DNA of 64,000 bases from Candidatus Woesebacteria bacterium (GTDB taxonomy: Bacteria > Patescibacteriota > Microgenomatia > UBA8517): the NCBI GenBank assembly GCA_016432525.1, contig CP066693.1, positions 482,732 through 546,731 on the forward strand, given 5' to 3'. Positions 1-8,250 of this stretch are shown one piece after another. A program made the position numbers and the translations under genes. The notes beneath the pieces were generated by a model. That model did not search any database. It worked only from the letters and a program-made list of their open reading frames with translations, and was not told where the DNA came from. How positions within the stretch are numbered: position 1 is the stretch's first letter; each line of letters opens with the position of its first letter.

Positions 1-1482
1 GTAAGAATATTTGGTTTTTCATTTGTCGATACTGTAAAAATCCTATTTGCATTAGGCTTTGTTGCATCTGGCTTAGCAATGTATTTTTTAGCAAGGGAAT
101 TTTTTGGGGAACTAGGCGCAGTTCTTGCCTCAGCTTTTTACATTTGGGCACCCTATCATTCAGTTGATGTTTTTGTACGAGGTGCCATGAACGAATCCTG
201 GGCTTTAATTTGGTTTCCAGCAATCCTCTTGTTTTCCTATAAACTAATCACAAACAAAAAATCTTCTCTATCTGCTAACTACTATCTACTAATTGCTTTG
301 TCTTTATCTTGGACAGGGCTTTTGCTATCTCACAATTTAATGGTTATGATATTCACTCCAGTTTTTGCTGTATGGTGTTTAATCTTATTAATCAAGGTAA
401 AATCCTTCAATAAAATCCCTCAACTTCTAGTTTCAGGAATTTTTGCCTTCGGTCTTGCTGCTTTTTTCACTCTACCTGTCTTTCTGGAACAAAATCTTGT
501 TCACACAGACACATTGATCGCTGGTTATTATGAATATACAGCTCATTTCGCAACCATAAAACAACTATTATTCTCAAGGTTCTGGGGTTATGGTCCCTCC
601 ATCTGGGGAGATAAAGATGGTATGTCTTTCCAAGTAGGACAAATGCATTGGATTCTATCATTTGTAACTTTATCTTTGTTTGCTATCAAAATAGTAAAAT
701 CCAAAAACAAAAAAATAGAAATCAAAAATTCAATATTGGTAATTTTCTTCATAATGGTTGGTATTTTCGCTATTTTTATGACCCACAATAAATCAACTCC
801 TCTTTGGGTTAGATTTACTCTCATTAAATTTGTCCAATTTCCGTGGAGATTTCTAACACTCGTGATTTTAAGTTTTTCTTTCGCGATTGGTTCACTTGTG
901 ACTTTTTTTAAAAACAAAAAAACAAAATATATAGTAGTAGGCGGGTTAATTTTTACTCTAGTTGCCTTCAATTGGACTTATTTTGAAGTACAAAATGGGA
1001 AATTAGGCCCACTAACTGATCAACAAAAATTTTCAGGTACTGCTTGGGAGCTACAACGAACAGCAGGAATTTATGATTATCTTCCAAAATCAGCAAGATT
1101 CAATCCAAGAGATGGTCAAATGGGCATAGCAGAGGTTTTAAAAGGAAAAGCAGATATTAAAAATCCTCTCGAGGCGACAAATCATCAAGAATTCACAGTA
1201 ATAGCAAGTGAAAGCTCAGTCATAAGAATAAATACTTATTTTTATCCAAGTTGGAAAGTATTTGTAGATGGAAAAGAAACTAAAATAGAAGTTCCAGAAG
1301 GCGAGGAATGGGGAAGAATGTATATTACAGTATCTAAAGGAACACACGATATTACAGCTCGTCTTTATAATACTTGGCCAAGGACAGTAGGAAATATCAT
1401 ATCTCTCGTTTCTTGGGCAATCTTGGGGTTTGTCATGCTAAAATCAAGTAGATGGCAGATTTCCACGAAGAGGAGCACTTAG
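1..1482 (+). CDS. Polytopic membrane protein, GT-C-like. It is 5'-partial and continues upstream of the window. It is a paralog of 21954..23582.
   Basis: The frame stays open from base 1 (VRIFGFSFVDTVKILFALGF... precedes the first Met at 79). It shares long collinear motifs with ORF 21954..23582 (APYHSVDVFVRGA / APYRAVDIWVRGA; FSRFWGYGPSIWG / ISRFWGYGASVWG; LTHNKST; FPWRFL). It has many hydrophobic TM segments. Confidence 0.6.
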   Translation, partial: VRIFGFSFVDTVKILFALGFVASGLAMYFLAREFFGELGAVLASAFYIWAPYHSVDVFVRGAMNESWALIWFPAILLFSYKLITNKKSSLSANYYLLIALSLSWTGLLLSHNLMVMIFTPVFAVWCLILLIKVKSFNKIPQLLVSGIFAFGLAAFFTLPVFLEQNLVHTDTLIAGYYEYTAHFATIKQLLFSRFWGYGPSIWGDKDGMSFQVGQMHWILSFVTLSLFAIKIVKSKNKKIEIKNSILVIFFIMVGIFAIFMTHNKSTPLWVRFTLIKFVQFPWRFLTLVILSFSFAIGSLVTFFKNKKTKYIVVGGLIFTLVAFNWTYFEVQNGKLGPLTDQQKFSGTAWELQRTAGIYDYLPKSARFNPRDGQMGIAEVLKGKADIKNPLEATNHQEFTVIASESSVIRINTYFYPSWKVFVDGKETKIEVPEGEEWGRMYITVSKGTHDITARLYNTWPRTVGNIISLVSWAILGFVMLKSSRWQISTKRST

Positions 1483-2945
1483 ATCCAACCTCAGAAATTA
1501 CACTCGAAACTGTTAAAGAGAGAAGTGTGAGAGGAATATTAGTTCTCACAGGAAGAACTTTTTTTCTTCAAGTAATTGCAGTTATTGCTCTAGGCTTCTT
1601 GTGGGCATATTTAACTCCTTCCCAATGGGGAGTTTTCTTCGTCCTTAACGCAGTCATAAATTTCTTAAATTATTTTTCCGACATAGGTTTGGCCGCAGCT
1701 TTGATTCAGAAAAAAGAGCACCCCTCAGAAACTGATCTAAAAACTACTTTTTTTGTTCAGCAGGTTTTGGTTATTACAATAATCGCGATAGTAATTTTAT
1801 TAACCCCTTTCTTTACGAAAAAATTTTCTTTAAATAATGACGGTGTAATTCTTTTATACGCTCTAGCATTTTCTTTCTTTTTATCATCTCTAAAAAGCAT
1901 TCCTTCAGTTCTTTTAGAACGAAAGCTGGAATTTGTAAAATTAACTTTTCCTCAAATTTTAGAACAGGTCTTTTATTACGTAATTCTAGTAGTTTTTGCA
2001 GTCCAAGGTTTTGGAATAAAAAGCTTTACAATAGCAGTAATTGCAAGAGATATAGTAGGAGTTGTTGTAATCTATATACTTCAGCCTTGGAAACCTGGAA
2101 TTGCCTTTTCAAGAAAAACTCTCTCAGGTCTTTTTAAATTCGGAATTCCATACCAAATAAATACTTTTCTCGCAGCAGTTAAAGACGATGGAATGACCTT
2201 AATATTGGGAGGGATTTTAGGTCCAGCTGGGGTAGGTTTTTTAGGAACTGCTCAAAAATTTGCCAGATACCCTTTAACTTTTTTTATGGATACAGTAACC
2301 AGAGTTACCTTTCCAGCTTTTTCCAGAATGCAGGATTCAAGTAGTCATCTGGCAAAAAGTGTCACTCGCTCAATTTTTTTTATTTGTTTTTTGGTTTTCC
2401 CTTCCCTTGCGGGTTTGGTAATTTTATCTCCCTTAATAGTTGAAGTAATTCCACGATACAATCAATGGAAACCAGCTCTTTTTGCTTTAACTTTCATCTC
2501 AATTAACTTTGGTTTCGCTGCTGCAACCACTCAATTAACAAATCTATTAAACGCGATTGGAAAAATTAAAATTACTTTCTTTTTAATGATAATGTGGACA
2601 GTATTAACATGGGCCTTAATTCCAATATTAGCTCTAAAATTTGGAGTAAGTGGAGCAGCTTTTGGTTACTCTTTGGTTGGAGCATCTTCAATTGTTGCAA
2701 TAATAGTTGCTAAAAAATATGTAAATTTTTCTCTTTACCACTCAATCGGAAAGCCTTTAATAGGAACTTCAATAATGGCTACAATATTAATAATTTTAAG
2801 AACAATTCTCCCAGTTAGTGCCTACTCAATTTTCGTTCTCGCAATAGTTGGTGTAATAGTCTACACAGTTTTGATGATAGTTTTGGTGGGTATTTCTTTA
2901 ATAGAGGATGCTAAAAAAAGTTTCAAAACAATTTTCGGCAAATAA
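1452..2945 (+). CDS. MOP-superfamily flippase (Wzx / polysaccharide biosynthesis protein-like).
   Basis: 497 aa with about 12-14 predicted TM helices. The N-terminus (RSVRGILVLTGRTFFLQVIAVIALGFLWAYLTPSQWGVFFVLNAVINFLNYFSDIGLAAALIQK) is typical of the Polysacc_synt/Wzx family. The ATG at 1452 overlaps the upstream gene by 31 nt. Confidence 0.6.
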   Translation: MADFHEEEHLDPTSEITLETVKERSVRGILVLTGRTFFLQVIAVIALGFLWAYLTPSQWGVFFVLNAVINFLNYFSDIGLAAALIQKKEHPSETDLKTTFFVQQVLVITIIAIVILLTPFFTKKFSLNNDGVILLYALAFSFFLSSLKSIPSVLLERKLEFVKLTFPQILEQVFYYVILVVFAVQGFGIKSFTIAVIARDIVGVVVIYILQPWKPGIAFSRKTLSGLFKFGIPYQINTFLAAVKDDGMTLILGGILGPAGVGFLGTAQKFARYPLTFFMDTVTRVTFPAFSRMQDSSSHLAKSVTRSIFFICFLVFPSLAGLVILSPLIVEVIPRYNQWKPALFALTFISINFGFAAATTQLTNLLNAIGKIKITFFLMIMWTVLTWALIPILALKFGVSGAAFGYSLVGASSIVAIIVAKKYVNFSLYHSIGKPLIGTSIMATILIILRTILPVSAYSIFVLAIVGVIVYTVLMIVLVGISLIEDAKKSFKTIFGK

Positions 2946-4629
2946 ACTCTTAATAATTCTAGTTTTTCTAGGAAGTCTAAGTTGGTCTCTTACTATGGTC
3001 AAAAGTGGACTTAACTACTCTTTTGGCCAAGGTTTTTGGGGACCAAATGGCCACGATGGAATTTGGCACATAGCTCTCATCAAATCATTAGCTCGTGGAT
3101 CTTTTGACATGCCTTCCTTTGCAGGACAGCGTCTAAAAAATTACCACATCGGCTTCGATCTTTTGATAGCAACTTTAAACAAAGTGACCTCAATTCCAGT
3201 TGAAACTTTATATTTCCAAATTACTCCAGTTATTCTTTCAATTTTAATAGGAATCTTAACTTACAAATTTGTGATATTCTGGAAAAATTCCAAAACATCT
3301 GCTCTTTGGGCAACCTTTTTTGTTTATTTTGGTGGAAGTTTTGGCTGGATTGTAAATATTTTAAGAAGGGAAGAAATAGGTGGAGAATCAATGTTTTGGT
3401 CTCAACAATCTATCTCAACCCTTTTAAATCCGCCGTTTGCGTTATCAATTGTAATCCTTCTGCTTGGTTTAATTAGCTTGATAAAATTTCAAAAATCCCT
3501 GACTACTAACTACTTACTACTAACTACTATTTTGTTTGGAATTCTGATAGAAATAAAATCCTATGCTGGCATCCTTGCATTGATAGCACTATTTCTAGCC
3601 GGAATCTGGGAATTTTACAAAAACAAAAAAATAAATTTACTAAAGATCTTCTTTTTTTCATCGATTATTTCATCTATTTTGATGATTTCAATAAGCGGCA
3701 TTTCAAAAGGAATTTTAATCTGGCAACCATTTTGGTTTTTAGAAACTCTTCTCTCTCTTTCTGATCGTTTTTACTGGCCAAAATTATATTCTGCAATCAC
3801 AACTTATAAAGACATCAAAAACTATTTAAAGCTTATTCCGGCCTATTTTTTAACATTTTTAATTTTCTGGTATGGTAACCTTTGGACACGTTCTCTAAAG
3901 GAAATTCACGTCTTGAAGTGGTTAAAAAATATCAAAAAAATTGATTCTCTAGATATTTTTTTAGGGTCAGTAATTATGTTCGGAGGAGCAATTCCAATAT
4001 TTTTTGTCCAAAAAGGCACACCTTGGAATACAATTCAATTTTTCTATTACAGTTTAATGTTTTCCGGGATATTAGCAGGGGTTTCCATATCTGAATTTCT
4101 CAAAAACAAATCCAAAAAATTCTCTCTTTTTCTTTCTGTTGCAATTATCGCCCTCACCGTTCCAACTTCAGTAGCCACTTTAGTCCATCACTACTTGCCT
4201 TCTCGTCCTCCGGCAAAAATTTCAAATCAAGAGCTCTCTGCTCTAGATTTCTTAAGTAAACAACCTCAAGGGGTAGTGTTAACCTACCCATTTGATCAAT
4301 ATCTTGCAGACAAAGCTGTGGCAAATCCTCCTAGACCACTTTATTTGTATGATTCAACAGCTTATGTGGGAGCTTTTTCAGGAAAGCCAGTCTTTTTGGA
4401 AGATCAAGTAAATCTTGATATTACAGGTTTTGATTGGGGGGAAAGAAGACAAGAAGTCGAAAACTTTCTAAAAAGTAAAGATATAAATTTTGTAAGAAAC
4501 TTTCTAAAAAACAATAATATTAAATATATCTATTGGGTAAAACCCCAAAGGGCAACTTATGGCCCAGACCAATTAGGAATTAAACCAATCTTCGAAAACA
4601 GTGAGGTGTTTATTTATCAGGTACTCTAA
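2908..4629 (+). CDS. Polytopic membrane protein with a C-terminal soluble domain. It may be a GT-C-like glycosyltransferase or an O-antigen-ligase-like protein.
   Basis: 573 aa, of which about 400 aa are highly hydrophobic, followed by a soluble tail of about 170 aa. The alternative internal start MVKSG at about 2995 would remove the 38-nt overlap with the upstream gene. No family-specific motif was recognised with confidence. Confidence 0.4.
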   Translation: MLKKVSKQFSANKLLIILVFLGSLSWSLTMVKSGLNYSFGQGFWGPNGHDGIWHIALIKSLARGSFDMPSFAGQRLKNYHIGFDLLIATLNKVTSIPVETLYFQITPVILSILIGILTYKFVIFWKNSKTSALWATFFVYFGGSFGWIVNILRREEIGGESMFWSQQSISTLLNPPFALSIVILLLGLISLIKFQKSLTTNYLLLTTILFGILIEIKSYAGILALIALFLAGIWEFYKNKKINLLKIFFFSSIISSILMISISGISKGILIWQPFWFLETLLSLSDRFYWPKLYSAITTYKDIKNYLKLIPAYFLTFLIFWYGNLWTRSLKEIHVLKWLKNIKKIDSLDIFLGSVIMFGGAIPIFFVQKGTPWNTIQFFYYSLMFSGILAGVSISEFLKNKSKKFSLFLSVAIIALTVPTSVATLVHHYLPSRPPAKISNQELSALDFLSKQPQGVVLTYPFDQYLADKAVANPPRPLYLYDSTAYVGAFSGKPVFLEDQVNLDITGFDWGERRQEVENFLKSKDINFVRNFLKNNNIKYIYWVKPQRATYGPDQLGIKPIFENSEVFIYQVL

Positions 4630-4656
4630 GCTTCATTTCATGCTAAAATAAGTCTG

Positions 4657-5556
4657 ATGGAAGGCTTATCTGTAGTCATAAACACTCTAAATGAAGAGAA
4701 AAATCTACCTTCTGCTATTACTTCAATTAAAGATCTAGCTTCGGAAATAATAGTTGTTGATATGTATTCAGATGACAAAACAACTAAAATTGCCAAAAAA
4801 TTAGGTGCTAAAGTATTTATGCACGATAAAACAAACTATGTTGAACCAGCCAGAAATTTTGCAATTTCAAAGGCAAGCTGTGATTGGATTCTAATTTTAG
4901 ATGCCGACGAAGAAATTCCTCCTAAACTTTCCAAAGAGATTAAAAAAATAGTCAAAGATTCAAAAGCCGATTATTTTCGTCTTCCTCGAAAAAATATAAT
5001 TTTTGGTAAATGGATAAAAGATTCAGGCTGGTGGCCAGATTATAATATTCGCCTTTTTCGAAAAAATTTTGTTTCTTGGAATGAAATAATTCATACGGTT
5101 CCAATAACAACAGGAATTGGCGCAGATTTAAAAGATTCAGAAGATTTAGCAATAATTCATCATAACTATCAATCAATAGAACAATTTATTGATCGAATGA
5201 ACAGATACACCACAATTCAGGCAAAAATAGCCTTTGGCAAAAAAGAAAATTTTAATTGGCAGAATTTAATTAAAAAACCCCTCTCTGAATTTTTAAATAG
5301 ATATTATTCACTACAAGGATATAAAGGTGGGCTACACTCTCTTTCTCTTTGCCTTTTACAAGCCGCTTCCGAATTAGTTAAAGAACTAAAACTATGGCAA
5401 TTATATAAATTCAATGATCAGAAGATTACTTTTAAAGAAAACATGAATGTAATTAAAGAAAGCCAAAAAGAGTTCAATTATTGGATACATGATACTAATT
5501 TTAAAGAAACAGGAAGCGTTAAATCTAAAATAAAAAGAAAATTCCGCCTAAGTTAA
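4657..5556 (+). CDS. GT2 family glycosyltransferase.
   Basis: The N-terminus (LSVVINTLNEEKNL...IIVVDMYSDDKT) and the DxD-type motif ILDADEEIP match GT2. It is a paralog of 6458..7228 and 28819..29685. Confidence 0.7.
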   Translation: MEGLSVVINTLNEEKNLPSAITSIKDLASEIIVVDMYSDDKTTKIAKKLGAKVFMHDKTNYVEPARNFAISKASCDWILILDADEEIPPKLSKEIKKIVKDSKADYFRLPRKNIIFGKWIKDSGWWPDYNIRLFRKNFVSWNEIIHTVPITTGIGADLKDSEDLAIIHHNYQSIEQFIDRMNRYTTIQAKIAFGKKENFNWQNLIKKPLSEFLNRYYSLQGYKGGLHSLSLCLLQAASELVKELKLWQLYKFNDQKITFKENMNVIKESQKEFNYWIHDTNFKETGSVKSKIKRKFRLS

Positions 5557-5558
5557 GT

Positions 5559-6467
5559 ATGACCAAAATCTTCATAATAATTTTAAACTGGAATAGGTAC
5601 CAAGATACTCATGATTGCCTCAAAAGTCTTGAAAAAATTAACAAAAAAAATTTGGATCTAAATATTTTAGTTGTAGATAATGGTTCAAAGGTGGAGGAGA
5701 TAGAAAAACTTAAAAAAATAGTTCCTGCTAATTCTTTAATATTAAACAACAAAAATTTGGGCTTTGCCCAAGGAAATAATGTTGGAATTCGTCAAGCCTT
5801 AAAAAATAATGCAGATTACGTTCTTGTTTTGAACAACGATACCTTTTTAGATAAAAATTTTTTAACTGAGCTTGTGAGTACAGCTCAAAAAGACAAAAAA
5901 ATAGGAGCTCTCACCTCCAAAATTTATTTCGCTAAAGGTTATGAGTTTCATAAAGACAGGTATAAAAAATCGCAAACAGGGAAGGTTATTTGGTCGGCAG
6001 GTGGCGCTATTGATTGGAATAATATTTATGCAACCAACTATGGTGTTGATGGAATCGATGAGGGGCAATTTCAAAAAGTCAAAGAAGTCGATTTTGCAAC
6101 CGGCGCTTGTGTTCTTTATAACGCCAATGCTTTGAAAAAGGTTGGAGTTTTCGATCCCCGCTATTTTATGTATTTTGAAGATGTCGATTTAAGTATGCGT
6201 CTCAAAAAACATGGATTTAAAGTTGTATTCGTTCCAAAATCCGTCATTTGGCACAAAGTTGCACAAAGCTCAGGAATAGGGAGCAACTTGAATGACTATT
6301 TTATCACCAGAAATAGATTAATTTTCGGCTTTCGCTTTGGGAAGTTAAGGGCTAGAATAGCACTTATTAAAGAAGGCATTAAATTTTTAATTAAAGGTAG
6401 GTTTTGGCAGAAAATTGGTTTCACCGATTTTCTGATCGGAAATTTAGGTAAAGGATCATGGAAATAA
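5559..6467 (+). CDS. GT2 family glycosyltransferase (rhamnosyltransferase / WbbL-like subgroup).
   Basis: IFIIILNWNRYQDTHDCLKSL...VVDNGSKVEE...LGFAQGNNVGIRQA...YVLVLNNDTFL and GACVLYNANALKKVG are typical GT2_3-like motifs. Confidence 0.7.
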   Translation: MTKIFIIILNWNRYQDTHDCLKSLEKINKKNLDLNILVVDNGSKVEEIEKLKKIVPANSLILNNKNLGFAQGNNVGIRQALKNNADYVLVLNNDTFLDKNFLTELVSTAQKDKKIGALTSKIYFAKGYEFHKDRYKKSQTGKVIWSAGGAIDWNNIYATNYGVDGIDEGQFQKVKEVDFATGACVLYNANALKKVGVFDPRYFMYFEDVDLSMRLKKHGFKVVFVPKSVIWHKVAQSSGIGSNLNDYFITRNRLIFGFRFGKLRARIALIKEGIKFLIKGRFWQKIGFTDFLIGNLGKGSWK

Positions 6468-7228
6468 AAATCTCATCAATCATAATCGCCAAAAACGAAG
6501 AGAAAATGATAAAAGATTGTATCAACTCTCTTCATTGGACTGATGAAATTATAGTAATTGATAACAATTCAACAGATAAAACTGTGAGTATTGCCAAAAA
6601 TCTTGGAGCCAAAATCTTCAAATTTAAATCCGACGCAGACAAAGGTCATTTTGCAGAAATCAGAGAATATGCGGCGACTAAAGCTAATTCTGAATGGTTA
6701 TTATATATAGATGCAGACGAAAGAGTTCCAGAAAATCTTAAAAAAGAGATTATGCAATTAAATCTAAAAGATGAAGCATATGCAATTCCAAGAAAAAATA
6801 ATCTCCTAGGCCATGATATGAGTTGGGGAGGTTGGTATCCAGATTATGTCTTAAGACTCATAAAAAAAGATAAACTAAAAGGCTTTGCAGGAGTTCTTCA
6901 CGAGCAACCGATAATTGATGGAGAAGTTGGAAAACTTAAAAACCCCCTTTATCACATAACTCACCAATCAATCACCGAGATGATAGAAAAAACCAACAAT
7001 TGGTCTGAAATCGAAGGCAGATTAATGTATGATGCAGGACATCCTCCTATGAATATTCCAAGATTTGCATCAGCGATGTTTCGGGAATTCTGGTATCGAG
7101 CAATTCTAAAGTTTGGATTTTTAGATGGCCCTATTGGAATAATAGAAATAATCTATCAAGTGTTTAGTCGTTTTATAAGCTACTCAAAACTTTACGAATT
7201 ACAAATAACAAAACAAGATAAAAAATGA
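6458..7228 (+). CDS. GT2 family glycosyltransferase.
   Basis: ISSIIIAKNEEKMIKDCINSL...IIVIDNNSTDKT...LLYIDADERVP. It overlaps the upstream gene by 10 nt. It is a paralog of 4657..5556. Confidence 0.7.
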   Translation: MEIKISSIIIAKNEEKMIKDCINSLHWTDEIIVIDNNSTDKTVSIAKNLGAKIFKFKSDADKGHFAEIREYAATKANSEWLLYIDADERVPENLKKEIMQLNLKDEAYAIPRKNNLLGHDMSWGGWYPDYVLRLIKKDKLKGFAGVLHEQPIIDGEVGKLKNPLYHITHQSITEMIEKTNNWSEIEGRLMYDAGHPPMNIPRFASAMFREFWYRAILKFGFLDGPIGIIEIIYQVFSRFISYSKLYELQITKQDKK

Positions 7229-8250
7229 AGGCAGCAATTTATAATCCCTATTTAGATACTCTCGGTGGTGGTGAACGTTATACAATCGCAGTCGCAACAA
7301 CCCTTGAAAAACTCGGGTATAAGGTCGAAATTCAGTGGCCAAATCCGGAAATTGGTCCAAAAATTGAAAAAAGATTTGGAATAAAATTGAAAAACGTAAA
7401 CTTTGTAGAAGATATAAAAAGAGGCGATAGTTATGATGTTTGCTTTTGGGTTTCAGATGGCAGCATCCCTGCTCTCAAATCAAGAAAAAATTTTCTTCAC
7501 TTTCAAATTCCTTTCACTCACGTAAATGGGATAACTCTTCTTAACAAAATGAAGCTTTTTCGAATAAAAAAAATAATCTGTAATTCTTATTTCACAAAAA
7601 GATTCATAGATTATGAATATGGAGTTGAAAGTGTAGTTTTATATCCTCCAGTAGATACAAAAAATATTAAACCTAAACACAAAGAAAACTTAATTCTTAG
7701 TGTTGCCCGTTTTTCTCAATTAACTCAAAGTAAAAACCAGCATATTTTAATCGAATCTTTCAAAAAACTTTATAATCGTGGATTAAAAACTTGGAGACTT
7801 GTCCTCGCAGGTGGAGTGGAAGTAGGTGCAAAAGAATATGTTGAAGGCCTTAAAAAAATTATTAAGGATTATCCAATCACCATTTTAGAAAGTCCAAGTT
7901 TCGCCGAAATTAAGGATTTATATGGCAGAGCAAGAATTTTTTGGTCTGCAGTAGGTCTAGGAGAAAACGAAGAAACTAATCCCAAGAAAGTCGAACATTT
8001 TGGAATAACAATAGTTGAAAGCATGGCAGCCGGTGCAGTACCAATCGCAACAGCATTAGGCGGTCACAAAGAAATAATAAAACATGGTCTAAATGGAGTA
8101 CTTTTCAAGTCGGAAAAGGGCCTAGAAGATGTGACTAAAAATTTAGTTGAAGAAAAAAAAGTAATGGAAACAATATCAAAAAATGCAATAATAGAAAGCA
8201 AAAAATATAGTTATGAAAATTTTGAAAAAGAATTCTCTTCCCTTCTTTAA
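7225..8250 (+). CDS. GT4 family glycosyltransferase (GT-B fold, Glycos_transf_1).
   Basis: The C-terminal motif region (SVARFSQLTQSKNQHILIESFKKL...LVLAGG...ITIVESMAAGAVPIAT..GGHKEII.HG.NGVLF) resembles the E-x7-E region of GT4 enzymes. It overlaps the upstream gene by 4 nt (ATGA). Confidence 0.7.
   Translation: MKAAIYNPYLDTLGGGERYTIAVATTLEKLGYKVEIQWPNPEIGPKIEKRFGIKLKNVNFVEDIKRGDSYDVCFWVSDGSIPALKSRKNFLHFQIPFTHVNGITLLNKMKLFRIKKIICNSYFTKRFIDYEYGVESVVLYPPVDTKNIKPKHKENLILSVARFSQLTQSKNQHILIESFKKLYNRGLKTWRLVLAGGVEVGAKEYVEGLKKIIKDYPITILESPSFAEIKDLYGRARIFWSAVGLGENEETNPKKVEHFGITIVESMAAGAVPIATALGGHKEIIKHGLNGVLFKSEKGLEDVTKNLVEEKKVMETISKNAIIESKKYSYENFEKEFSSLL

Noticed and set aside
467-971. Two small minus-strand ORFs (467..661 and 588..971) lie antisense inside the first membrane-protein gene.
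   Set aside because: They are fully nested antisense to a long, motif-supported CDS. Their low-complexity translation is typical of spurious ORFs in AT-rich DNA.
4952-6135. Small ORFs 4952..5176(-), 5862..6074(-) and 5941..6135(+) overlap the GT2 genes.
   Set aside because: They are nested inside well-supported GT2 coding regions on other frames or strands and show no recognisable features.
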